This document shows, piece by piece, positions 23,905 to 36,466 of a stretch of 64,000 bases of DNA; the stretch's first letter is position 1; each line of letters opens with the position of its first letter. Both the position numbers and the translations under genes were made by a program. Source of the DNA: Ranitomeya imitator. Lineage: Eukaryota. The notes below the pieces were generated by a model. That model had not been told where the DNA came from. It was given only the letters and a program-made list of their open reading frames with translations, and searched no databases. The stretch lies in the NCBI RefSeq assembly GCF_032444005.1, contig NC_091289.1, forward strand, positions 9,052,001 through 9,116,000, in the 5' to 3' direction.

Positions 23905-25685
23905 GAGGGGATGAAAGAAGCGGAGTCAAGGGAAGCGGGGTCGAGGGGATGAGAGAAGTGGGATCCAGGGGCGGGGATGAGAGAAGCGGGATCCAGGGGC
24001 GGGGATGAAAGAAGCGGGGTCAAGGGAAGCAGGGTCGAGGGGATGAGAGAAGCGGGATCCAGGGGCGGGGATGAAAGAAGCGGAGTCAAGGGAAGCGGGG
24101 CCGAGGGGATGAGAGAAGCGGGATCCAGGGGCGGGGATGAAAGAAGCGGGGTCAAGGGAAGCGGGGTCGAGGGGATGAGAGAAGCGGGATCCAGGGGCGG
24201 GAATGAAAGAAGCGGGGTCGAGGGGATGAAAGAAGCGGGGTCGAGGGAAGCGGGGCCGAGGGGATGAGAGAAGCGGGATCCAGGGGCGGGGATGAAAGAA
24301 GCGGGGTCAAGGGAAGTGGGGTCGAGGGGATGAGAGAAGCGGGATCCAGGGGCGGGGATGAAAGAAGCGGGGTCAAGGGAAGCGGGGTCGAGGGGATGAG
24401 AGAAGCGGGATTTAGGGGCGGGGATGAAAGAAGCGGGGTCAAGGGAAGCGGGGATGAGAGAAGCGGGATCCAGGGGCGGGGATGAAAGAAGCGGAGTCAA
24501 GGGAAGCGGGGCCGAGGGGATGAGAGAAGCGGGATCCAGGGGCGGGGATGAAAGAAGCGGGGTCAAGGGAAGCGGGGTCGAGGGGATGAGAGAAGCGGGA
24601 TCCAGGGGCGGGGATGAAAGAAGCGGGGTCAAGGGAAGCGGGGTCGAGGGGATGAGAGAAGCGGGATCCAGGGGCGGGGATGAAAGAAGCGGGGTCAAGG
24701 GAAGCGGGGTCGAGGGGATGAGAGAAGCGGGATCCAGGGGCGGGAATGAAAGAAGCGGGGTCGAGGGGATGAAAGAAGCGGGGTCGAGGGGATGAGAGAA
24801 GCGGGATCCAGGGGCGGGGATGAAAGAAGCGGGGTCGAGGGGATGAAAGAAGCGGGGTCGAGGGGATGAGAGAAGCGGGATCCAGGGGCAGGGATGAAAG
24901 AAGCGGGGTCGAGGGGATGAAAGAAGCGGGGTCGAGGGGATGAGAGAAGCGGGATCCAGGGGCGGGGATGAAAGAAGCGGGGTCGAGGGGATGAAAGAAG
25001 CGGGGTCGAGGGGATGAGAGAAGCGGGATGAAAGAAGCGGGGTCGAGGGGATGAGAGAAGCGGGATCCAGGGGCAGGGATGAAAGAAGCGGGGTCGAGGG
25101 GATGAGAGAAGCGGGATCCAGGGGCGGGGATGAAAGAAGCGGGGTCGAGGGAAGCGGGGATGAGAGAAGTGGGGTCGAGGGGTGCGGGGATGAGAGAAGT
25201 GGGGTCGAGGGGAGCGGGGATGAGAGAAGTGGGGTCGAGGGGAGCGGGGATGAGAGAAGTGGGGTCGAGGGAAGCGGGGATGAGAGAAGTGGGGGTCCAG
25301 GGGAGTGGAATGAGAAAAGAGGGGTAGACGGGAGCGGGGATGAGAGAAGTGGGGTCGAGGGGAGCGGGGATGAGAGAAGTGGGGTCGAGGGGAGCGGGGA
25401 TGAGAGAAGTGGGGTCGAGGGGAGCGGGGATGAGAGAAGTGGGGTCGAGGGAAGCGGGGATGAGAGAAGTGGGGGTCCAGGGGAGTGGAATGAGAAAAGA
25501 GGGGTAGACGGGAGCGGGGATGAGAGAAGTGGGGGTCCAGGGGAGTGGGGATGAAAGAATTGGGGTCAAGGACAGCGAGCTCAAGGGGATGAGAGAAGTG
25601 AGGTCGAGGGGAGCGGGAATGAGAGAAGCGGGGGTTAAGGGGAGTGGGGATGAGAGAAGCGGGGTCCAGGGGAGCGGGATGATAG
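23905..25685. repeat. G/A-rich composite minisatellite (GAAGCGGG-based, switching to a 30-bp unit after about 25150)
   Basis: Units such as GAGAGAAGCGGGATCCAGGGGCGGGGATGAAAGAAGCGGGGTC and GAGAGAAGTGGGGTCGAGGGGAGCGGGGAT. Confidence 0.95.
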
Positions 25686-28068
25686 AGGCACGCCCCCGAG
25701 TCTGACTATGGACTTTTCCCAAGTGAATCCATCCTCTCATTATGAGACACATCTGCTCCACATCTGCTCCGTTTTACAACCTCTCCAGGTGAATGTTGCC
25801 GCATGTTCTCACCGACCGACCGCTGCGGGTGTAGGAATGTGGTATGGAAAGCAGCACAATACACGACTGTACACAGCACACATGCACCTCTTCAAGGACA
25901 GCGGGGCCCAGCTCAGAGTATAGTGTGCACTGGATACAAGGTAGCAAACTCTCAGCTGTGATAAGTATTAGTGTAAGAAAAATGTTTCCATTCAAGAAGA
26001 GATCTTGAAAATCATAGGAAAGGGCCTCAGTCATTATTGCATTTCTGACTTTTTTTTTTCCCTACGTTTTTGGTGTTTTACGCCAGTTTTTCATTTGTGC
26101 CTAATTTTTCTTTTAATTTGCGCCTTTTTTAAAGTCACTTTTTAAATTGCTCTCCTTTTTTTGTACGTACGCCATTGTGGGTGAAGCTTGGGGTTGCCAG
26201 ATGTTTTTGGCTGATTCATCATCTAAGACTTTTCAAAAAGTTTCTCATTTTTGCCCATAAATCCTCCAGTCCCCATCGTCCTCCCAGAGTGATTTTATGT
26301 AGGACAGAAATTCTAGTACAATTTTTGCACTAATAAAAATTACAACGACAAAAATAAATATGACTTTTACTCTTTGCAAGACCCAAGAGCCGCGTACGCT
26401 TTTGAAGAATTAAAACACAAAAAAAAAATAATGCAAAACTAAAAAGAAAAGTGACCAAAAAAAATGGAAATGATGAATCGGAGCCAGAAAGTTTATAAAA
26501 CTTTAATATGTTCCACGATTTAACACTTGGGGTGCGTTCAAACAGCGGTTTGTTTTTCTTAGATTTTGGAACATACCTGCATTTAAAAAAAAAAAAAAAA
26601 TCCAAAAATTTGTAAAAAAAAACAAACATCTCAAAAGAAGCGAGTTTTATTTTTCCATCTGGCTGCCGAATTTTTGGTTTAAAAAAAAAAAAGGAAAAAA
26701 ACCCACCAGGAAGGTCTCAGCTTTATAAACTTGCAATGTGAATCTGCTCTTAGAATTTTGTTTGTGTTTTTTACTTACATTTTTTGGCAATTTGTGTCCA
26801 GATGTTAGGCGGAGGTCTTCAGTGCAGTATAAAGCACGCGACATATAATGGAGGACACCTTTGATTGGCGCCGCGCCGTTGTACTGGTAGTATAATGCCA
26901 TATTTTTATGTAAACCAGGCTTTTTGCCTCTTTTCTATCGGCCTCGCCAGTTTTCTGACAATTGGGTGGGGTTTACCAGGAGGGCGGAGCCTCCATGTAC
27001 AGACACATGTACTGTCATTGACACCGTGTAATGGAAATGTGCGCCAACTCTGATTTCTGAAGAGGTTTGGGCTTTTCAATCCCAGGTTGGGGCGATCGGA
27101 CCCCCAATCTGCCCCTCACCAGGGGGGTCAGCATCATTAAGAGTGGTTGCTATGGAGGCGAATAATTCGGCACATACCAGACGACCCCTGTAAGCCCGTA
27201 TCTCAGTGTTACCCCTATGACACGGGGTGTGCGTCACGGTCATTAGTGGTCTCCGCATTCCTTCCATTACTGGTCCCCCCCTTCTCGAGCTCGATGACGG
27301 TCATAGAGCCATCTGGAATAATGGCGGCATTGTCACCGCCGCTCATTACCACATTCCAGCTGGGTGGTTAAAGAAAACCCTCGTCACGCAGAGAGGGTCT
27401 CGCGTCCCACACAAATGTCTGTCATGTAATCTGAGGTGCCGTGATGGGGCGGCCATTGTTACAAGAAATTAAATGGAGGTATGACAAGTGTGACCCGGTC
27501 GTGGGGGTCCGCCATGCGAAGTACAGGCCTTGTGACCCTCGGTGACCAATCAGGGCTCAGCTTTCATTTTCTAAACTGCAGTGTTAGGCCTTCTTCTGAC
27601 TGGTTGCTAAGGGCAACAATCTCCTGGCAGACATCTTGGATCCCCGAGGCCTGAGATGTCGTCAGTGATTTCAGCCATTCTCTTAGAAGACAATGAACCC
27701 GAGAGTCTCCAGGTTTAGGGAGAAACCATAGAACAATAGCACACGGCAAATTCATAATAAAAACAACTCTCAAAGTACAAAGGTCGCCATCTTTACCGAC
27801 AACATGGCCGAAATGATAGAACAAGTTGCCACAGTTGGGATTGAGAGCGTCCCCCAGCCTCAAAACATGGCGGCCTCCTGCAACTAATAAAAATATAGCT
27901 GGAAAGCACATACACGTGGCGAGTTATAGAGGACGGGGTTAACACTGACAACCGACAACCCTTCAGCTCAAAATGGTGTTCAAAATAGTTGTCACTTCCC
28001 TTCCCTCACATTCAGAGGTAGTCACCCGGCTACTCCATTATCTGTTGCTAGGCAACAGAATATAAATC

Positions 28069-29373
28069 CTCTAAGGGCCGGGCCCTAAATGTCTTGATAC
28101 ATGAGGGCCCCGTCTTCCACTCTAAGGGCCGGGCCCTAAATGTCTTGATACACGAGGGCCCCGTCTTCCACTCTAAGGGCCGGGCCCTAAATGTCTGATA
28201 CACGAGGGCCCCGTCTTCCACTCTAAGGGCCGGGCCCTAATTGTCTGATACATGAGGGCCCCGTCTTCCACTCTAAGGGCCGGGCCCTAATTGTCTGATA
28301 CATGAGGGCCCCGTCTTCAACTCTAAGGGCCGGGCCCTAAATGTCTGATACATGAGGGCCCCGTCTTCCACTCTAAGGGACGGGCCCTAAATGTCTGATA
28401 CATGAGGGCCCCGTCTTCCACTCTAAGGGCCGGGCCCTAAATGTCTGATACACGAGGGCCCCGTCTTCCACTCTAAGGGCCGGGCCCTAAATGTCTGATA
28501 CACGAGGGCCCCGTCTTCCACTCTAATGGCCGGGCCCTAAATGTCTGATACATGAGGGCCCTGTCTTCCACTCTAAGGGCCGGGCCCTAAATGTCTGATA
28601 CACGAGGGCCCCGTCTTCCACTCTAAGGGCCGGGCCCTGAATGTCTGACACACGAGGGCCCCGTCTTCCACTCTAAGGGCCGGGCCCTAAATGTCTGATA
28701 CACGAGGGCCCCGTCTTCCACTCTAAGGGCCGGGCCCTAAATGTCTGATACACGAGGGCCCCGTCTTCCACTCTAAGGGCCGGGCCCTAATTGTCTGATA
28801 CATGAGGGCCCCGTCTTCCACTCTAAGGGCCGGGCCCTAAATGTCTGATACACGAGGGCCCCGTCTTCCACTCTAAGGGCTGGGCCCTAAATGTCTGATA
28901 CACGAGGGCCCCGTCTTCCACTCTAAGGGCCGGGCCCTGAATGTCTGATACATGAGGGCCCCGTCTTCCACTCTAAGGGCCGGGCCCTAAATGTCTGATA
29001 CATGAGGGCCCCGTCTTCCACTCTAAGGGCCGGGCCCTAAATGTCTGATACATGAGGGCCCCGTCTTCCACTCTAAGGGCCGGGCCCTAAATGTCTGATA
29101 CATGAGGGCCCCGTCTTCCACTCTAAGGGCCGGGCCCTAAATGTCTGATATACGAGGGCCCCGTCTTCCACTCTAAGGGCCGGGCCCTAAATGTCTGATA
29201 CATGAGGGCCCCGTCTTCCACTCTAAGGGCCGGGCCCTAATTGTCTGATACATGAGGGCCCCGTCTTCCACTCTAAGGGCCGGGCCCTAATTGTCTGATA
29301 CATGAGGGCCCCGTCTTCCACTCTAAGGGCCGGGCCCTAAATGTCTGATATACGAGGGCCCCGTCTTCGACTC
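28069..29373. repeat. 50-bp minisatellite, about 26 copies
   Basis: Unit CTCTAAGGGCCGGGCCCTAAATGTCTGATACATGAGGGCCCCGTCTTCCA. Confidence 0.97.
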
Positions 29374-29399
29374 CCCTTATTCCTTTGCATGCGACCTTC

Positions 29400-30240
29400 A
29401 GATTTTGTCGAACATTTTTCTAGACCCCGAAACAAGTGACTGGAGAAAGATGTGTAAGATGGCCGACACGGGGGTCACTGAAGCCGTCGTTAGCACGGGG
29501 CGCCGCTCACCTCTCAGCATTCATCCGGCATTACTGCATCGTGGAAACTCTAGACCGATGTCTGGGAGCAGCGGGAAGCGATGGCCGCACTTAGTCACCA
29601 TGGCAACCAAAAGATGCTGCAAAGGCCAGAAATCGTCAGTAACACCGTCCTCGCTGCTCCTGAGCGGCCCACAGTGATCACGACCAGATAACGAATCTTG
29701 GCCGCAGCCATGTTCAGTCATTCCGGAGTGTGGGAAAGCTGTGTACTAACCGCAGGCCGCAGAGGTCATCGGCGGCTCCAGAAGACAACATGGCGGCTCT
29801 TCCTGGTCACTTTGTGGTGCGTCATCCTGACTATATAATGACGCGTTCTCCCTTCTCCGCACCAATGATAAATCGCCCACGATATGAGACCGGGAAAATG
29901 TAGAGGTGATTCAGGCGCCAACTGGGCACATAATACAACATGGCGGCTTAGGTTGCTACGGGCGACGCATTGCTCCTGGCTGCGATACAGCAACGATCCC
30001 GCTCCGTCTCTACCTCCCCGTGTCATGGAAATAATGACAGAACACAAATCACAGACTGACCAGATCGCTGCCAACGCGGAGCGACATTATCAGCACAAAC
30101 CGCCGGACCGTCAGAGCGACGGCGGCCATGATACCGGAGACTGCATGTACCCAACAATATGGCTGCCGGGGACTCCGAGACCTCACAGGAGAAGACACAG
30201 AGCCCGAAATCCAGGAATTATCTCTAGGAATGTCTCACAC
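29400..30240. promoter_or_regulatory. CpG-rich promoter-like segment with YY1 and RFX motifs, no recognised CDS
   Basis: AAGATGGCCG 29456, AACATGGCGGC 29787 and 29937, X-box GTCACCATGGCAAC 29594-29607, elevated CpG. Confidence 0.4.
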
Positions 30241-30249
30241 ATGACAGGC

Positions 30250-33200
30250 TGAGATACACAGCTCAGCAGTATCACACATGATAGGATTAGATACACAGCT
30301 CAGCAGACAGTATCACACAGGAGAGGATTAGATACACAGCTCAGCAGACAGTATCACACAGGATGGGATTAGATACACGGCTCAGCAGACAGTATCACAC
30401 AGGATAGGATTAGATACACAGCTCAGCAGACAGTATCACACAGGAGAGGATTAGATACAAGGCTCAGCAGACAGTATCATACAGGAGAGGATTAGATACA
30501 CAGCTCAGCAGACAGTATCACACAGGAGAGGATTAGATACACGGCTCAGCAGACGGTATCACACAGGATAGGATTAGATACACGGTTCAGCAGTCAGTAT
30601 CACACAGGATATGATTAGATACACGGCTCAGCAGTCAGTATCACACAGGATATGATTAGATACACAGCTCAGCAGTCCTTATCACACAGGAGAGGATTAG
30701 ATACACGGTTCAGCAGTCAGTATCACACAGGATAGGATTAGATACACGGCTCAGCAGACGGTATCACACAGGATAGGATTAGATACACGGTTCAGCAGTC
30801 AGTATCACACAGGAGAGGATTAGATACACGGTTCAGCAGTCAGTATCACACAGGAGAGGATTAGATACACAGCTCAGCAGACGGTATCACACAGGATAGG
30901 ATTAGATATACGGCTCAGCAGACAGTATCGCACAGGATAGGATTAGATACACGGCTCAGCAGACAGTATCGCACAGGATAGGATTAGATACACGGCTCAG
31001 CAGACAGTATCACACAGGATAGGATTAGATACACGGCTCAGCAGTCAGTATCACACAGGAGAGGATTAGATACACGGCTCAGCAGTCAGTATCACACAGG
31101 ATAGGATTAGATACACGTCTCAGCAGTCAGTATCACACAGGATATGATTAGATACACGGCTCAGCAGTCAGTATCACACAGGAGAGGATTAGATACACGG
31201 TTCAGCAGACAGTATCACACAGGAGAGGATTAGATACACGGCTCAGCAGTCAGTATCACACAGGATAGGATTAGATACACAGCTCAGCAGTCCTTATCAC
31301 ACAGGAGAGGATTAGATACACGGTTCAGCAGTCAATATCACACAGGAGAGGATTAGATACACGGTTCAGCAGTCAGTATCACACAGGAGAGGATTAGATA
31401 CACGGTTCAGCAGTCAGTATCACACAGGAGAGGATTAGATACACGGCTCAGCAGACAGTATCACACAGGAGAGGATTAGATACACAGCTCAGCAGTCAGT
31501 ATCATACAGGAGAGGATTAGATACACGGTTCAGCAGTCAGTATCACACAGGATATGATTAGATACACAGCTCAGCAGTCCTTATCACACAGGAGAGGATT
31601 AGATACACGGCTCAGCAGACGGTATCACACAGGATAGGATTAGATACACGGTTCAGCAGTCAGTATCACACAGGATATGATTAGATACACGGCTCAGCAG
31701 TCAGTATCACACAGGATATGATTAGATACACAGCTCAGCAGTCCTTATCACACAGGAGAGGATTAGATACACGGTTCAGCAGTCAGTATCACACAGGATA
31801 GGATTAGATACACGGCTCAGCAGACGGTATCACACAGGATAGGATTAGATACACGGTTCAGCAGTCAGTATCACACAGGAGAGGATTAGATACACGGTTC
31901 AGCAGTCAGTATCACACAGGAGAGGATTAGATACACAGCTCAGCAGACGGTATCACACAGGATAGGATTAGATATACGGCTCAGCAGACAGTATCGCACA
32001 GGATAGGATTAGATACACGTCTCAGCAGTCAGTATCACACAGGATATGATTAGATACACGGCTCAGCAGTCAGTATCACACAGGAGAGGATTAGATACAC
32101 GGTTCAGCAGACAGTATCACACAGGAGAGGATTAGATACACGGCTCAGCAGTCAGTATCACACAGGATAGGATTAGATACACAGCTCAGCAGTCCTTATC
32201 ACACAGGAGAGGATTAGATACACGGTTCAGCAGTCAGTATCACACAGGAGAGGATTAGATACACGGTTCAGCAGTCAGTATCACACAGGAGAGGATTAGA
32301 TACACGGTTCAGCAGTCAGTATCACACAGGAGAGGATTAGATACACGGCTCAGCAGACAGTATCACACAGGAGAGGATTAGATACACAGCTCAGCAGTCA
32401 GTATCATACAGGAGAGGATTAGATACACGGTTCAGCAGTCAGTATCACACAGGATATGATTAGATACACAGCTCAGCAGTCCTTATCACACAGGAGAGGA
32501 TTAGATACACGGCTCAGCAGACGGTATCACACAGGATAGGATTAGAAACACGGCTCAGCAGTCAGTATCACACAGGATATGATTAGATACACAGCTCAGC
32601 AGTCCTTATCACACAGGAGAGGATTAGATACACGGTTCAGCAGTCAGTATCACACAGGATAGGATTAGATACACGGCTCAGCAGACGGTATCACACAGGA
32701 TAGGATTAGATACACGGTTCAGCAGTCAGTATCACACAGGAGAGGATTAGATACACGGTTCAGCAGTCAGTATCACACAGGAGAGGATTAGATACACGGC
32801 TCAGCAGACGGTATCACACAGGATAGGATTAGATACACAGCTCAGCAGATAGTATCATACAGGAGAGGATTAGATACACAGCTCAGCAGACAGTATCACA
32901 CAGGAGAGGATTAGATACACGGCTCAGCAGTCAGTATCACACAGGATATGATTAGATACACGGCTCAGCAGTCAGTATCACACAGGATAGGATTAGATAC
33001 ACAGCTCAGCAGTCCTTATCACACAGGAGAAGATTAGATACACGGTTCAGCAGTCAGTATCACACAGGAGAGGATTAGATACACGGCTCAGCAGACAGTA
33101 TCACACAGGAGAGGATTAGATACACAGCTCAGCAGTCAGTATCATACAGGAGAGGATTAGATACACGGCTCAGCAGTCAGTATCACACAGGATATGATTA

Positions 33201-35175
33201 GATACACAGCTCAGCAGTCCTTATCACACAGGAGAGGATTAGATACACGGTTCAGCAGTCAGTATCACACAGGATAGGATTAGATACACGGCTCAGCAGA
33301 CGGTATCACACAGGATAGGATTAGATACACGGTTCAGCAGTCAGTATCACACAGGAGAGGATTAGATACACGGTTCAGCAGTCAGTATCACACAGGAGAG
33401 GATTAGATACACAGCTCAGCAGACGGTATCACACAGGATAGGATTAGATATACGGCTCAGCAGACAGTATCGCACAGGATAGGATTAGATACACGGCTCA
33501 GCAGACAGTATCACACAGTATAGGATTAGATATACGGCTCAGCAGACAGTATCGCACAGGATAGGATTAGATACACGGCTCAGCAGTCAGTATCACACAG
33601 GAGAGGATTAGATACACGGCTCAGCAGTCAGTATCACACAGGATAGGATTAGATACACGTCTCAGCAGTCAGTATCACACAGGATATGATTAGATACACG
33701 GCTCAGCAGTCAGTATCACACAGGAGAGGATTAGATACACGGTTCAGCAGACAGTATCACACAGGAGAGGATTAGATACACGGCTCAGCAGTCAGTATCA
33801 CACAGGATAGGATTAGATACACAGCTCAGCAGTCCTTATCACACAGGAGAGGATTAGATACACGGCTCAGCAGACGGTATCACACAGGATAGGATTAGAT
33901 ACATGGTTCAGCAGTCAGTATCACACAGGATATGATTAGATACACGGCTCAGCAGTCAGTATCACACAGGATATGATTAGATACACAGCTCAGCAGTCCT
34001 TATCACAAGGAGAGGATTAGATACAAGGTTCAGCAGTCAGTATCACACAGGATAGGATTAGATACACGGCTCAGAAGACGGTATCACACAGGATAGGATT
34101 AGATACACGGTTCAGCAGTCAGTATCACACAGGAGAGGATTAGATACACGGCTCAGCAGTCAGTATCACACAGGAGAGGATTAGATACACAGCTCAGCAG
34201 ACAGTATCACACAGGATAGGATTAGATACACGGTTCAGCAGTCAGTATCACACAGGAGAGGATTAGATACACGGCTCAGCAGACGGTATCACACAGGAGA
34301 GGATTAGATACACAGCTGAGCAGTCAGTATCACACAGGAGAGGATTGGATACACGGCTCAGCAGACAGTATCATGCAGGATAGGATTAGATACACAGCTC
34401 AGCAGTCAGTATCACACAGGAGAGGATTAGATACACAGCTCAGCAGACAGTATCACGCAGGATAGGATTAGATACACAACTCAGCAGACAGTATCATGCA
34501 GGATAGGATTAGATACACAGCTCAGCAGACAGTATCACACAGGAGAGGATTAGATACACGGCTCAGCAGTCAGTATCACACAGGAGAGGATTAGATACAT
34601 AGCTCAGCAGACAGTATCACACAGGAGAGGATTAGATACACGGCTCAGCAGACAGTATCACACAGGAGAGGATTAGATACACGGCTCAGCAGTCAGTATC
34701 ACACAGGAGAGGATTAGATACACGGCTCAGCAGACAGTATCATACAGGAGAGGATTAGATACACAGCTCAGCAGACAGTATCACGCAGGATAGGATTAGA
34801 TACACAGCTCAGCAGTCAGTATCACACAGGAGAGGATTAGATACATAGCTCAGCAGACAGTATCACACAGGAGAGGATTAGATACACGGCTCAGCAGTCA
34901 GTATCACACAGGAGAGGATTAGATACACGGCTCAGCAGTCAGTATCACACAGGAGAGGATTAGATACACAGCTCAGCAGACAGTATCATACAGGAGAGGA
35001 TTAGATACACAGCTCAGCAGACAGTAGCACGCAGGATAGGATTAGATACACAGCTCAGCAGACAGTATCACACAGGAGAGGATTAGATACACGGCTCAGC
35101 AGTCAGTATCACACAGGATAGGATTAGATACACAGCTCAGCAGTCAGTATCACACAGGAGAGGATTAGATACACT
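30250..35175. repeat. 41-bp minisatellite, about 120 copies with higher-order block duplications
   Basis: Unit GA(T/G)AGGATTAGATACAC(A/G)GCTCAGCAG(A/T)CAGTATCACACAG; period 41 (30301 to 30342). Confidence 0.97.
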
Positions 35176-35183
35176 GTCCCTGA

Positions 35184-35605
35184 GGCCGGCGTCACACTAG
35201 CGACTTAAACGGACGAGTGCAATGTGATAACAGAATCTCATTGCACTCGGACCAATGTTACACTATGGGGCAGATCCCATCAGCCGATTTTGTCGGCCGT
35301 TTTCCTCGGTCAGCATGCAGCATTCTGCGATTGTCACGGACACTCGGCCGACTCTCGGCTCACGCGCTCCCATATAAGCCTATGATGTGAGTGAGACAGC
35401 GCACACCACTGGGATATCATCAGAGTGATGTGCGATATACGCTGACCCCGGCAATGGAGGAGATGGAGAATTTAATTTCTCCGCAGCTGTGCTCGGATCC
35501 GCTCTGTGTGAGAGGCTCGCAGTGCAGACGCAGGACGCTGGTACAGAGCAGGAGCAGAGGGCAATTATCGCATCCGATGCTCGTGCGTATTGTGTGACGC
35601 CGGCC
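35184..35605. mobile_element. MITE, PIF/Harbinger-like
   Basis: TIR GGCCGGCGTCACAC / GTGTGACGCCGGCC; flanks TGA and GGA. Confidence 0.75.
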
Positions 35606-35661
35606 GGAGGATGATACTTAAACGCAGTCTCTGCAGTGATCTCTCTAGTGTAGTTACATCA

Positions 35662-35806
35662 GCGCCATCTGGTGGTCACACCCGTACAGGACACTAAGTG
35701 TACAGAACAGCGCCACCTGGCGTCCGACCTCTTCCACTGCCTCCGTATTCCCCAGTCCTGGCGTCGATCGCCGAATCATCGATGTGTCATGTCCGCCTCC
35801 TAGTGC
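35662..35806 (-). promoter_or_regulatory. Cluster of three co-oriented CTCF-type motifs
   Basis: Minus strand CCACCAGATGGCGC (35662-35675, full consensus), ACGCCAGGTGGCGC (35710-35723), GCACTAGGAGGCGG (35793-35806). Confidence 0.6.
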
Positions 35807-36109
35807 GCACGCCGGGAGCTCCGCGGAGTCCGTGTCCGGTAATTGCAGGGGTATGATCCTCAGTTACACGTTATCTGTACTTTGTGCATGTAGTGGGGAG
35901 GATGCCGGGTCACCCCGGGGCCTGTACTTGGGGTGGCGGTGACCCGGCTGCTGTGCGCACAGTGCGGTGACGAGGGTTTTCACTCCCCATCATTGCACTC
36001 CGCTCTTTATTGATGACTTTTCTCTTCTCTCCGGGACTTTTATTTGCATTTTCCTGTCGGTGGCGAGAAATTGCATCATGTGACACAGGTCTACAATTAC
36101 ATCCTCCGT

Positions 36110-36310
36110 GGCAGCCAATCATAGCGCAGCTTTCATTTCTGAAGTGTCTCAGAGGACATGAAAGCTGCACTGTGATTGGTCGCTGCAAGGTTCCCGGTGA
36201 TTGGAGGAGGCTGTGATTCTGGTCATGTGACTGGAGAGTCGCCATCGGCTGTTACCGTGACGCCGTTACCAGTGACATCGTTACGGCCGACGCGTCATCG
36301 TCTGATGTAA
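36110..36310 (+). promoter_or_regulatory. Probable THUMPD3 promoter / non-coding first exon region
   Basis: CCAAT 36115, ATTGG 36175 and 36200, GTCATGTGAC E-box 36222-36231, CpG-rich; the first coding exon is preceded by an acceptor (CAG| at 36443). Confidence 0.5.
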
Positions 36311-36466
36311 TGTGCGGGGTTTAGTCCCCTCTCCCACACGTCCACTGGTTTCACCACTTTATTACAGCCTATGAGAGAGTTAAAGGGGATGTCTTCTGTC
36401 CACCACATCCCCTTTAACTATAGCTTGTCCCTTTTTCCCTCAGAGTTTGTCGTCTGCGCTGCCATC

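Noticed and set aside
23781-25761. Pro/Ser-rich and Gly/Glu/Arg-rich ORFs
   Set aside because: Low-complexity repeat translations
28069-35175. CRISPR-like appearance of the regular repeats
   Set aside because: Head-to-tail units with no unique spacers and no cas genes; eukaryotic context
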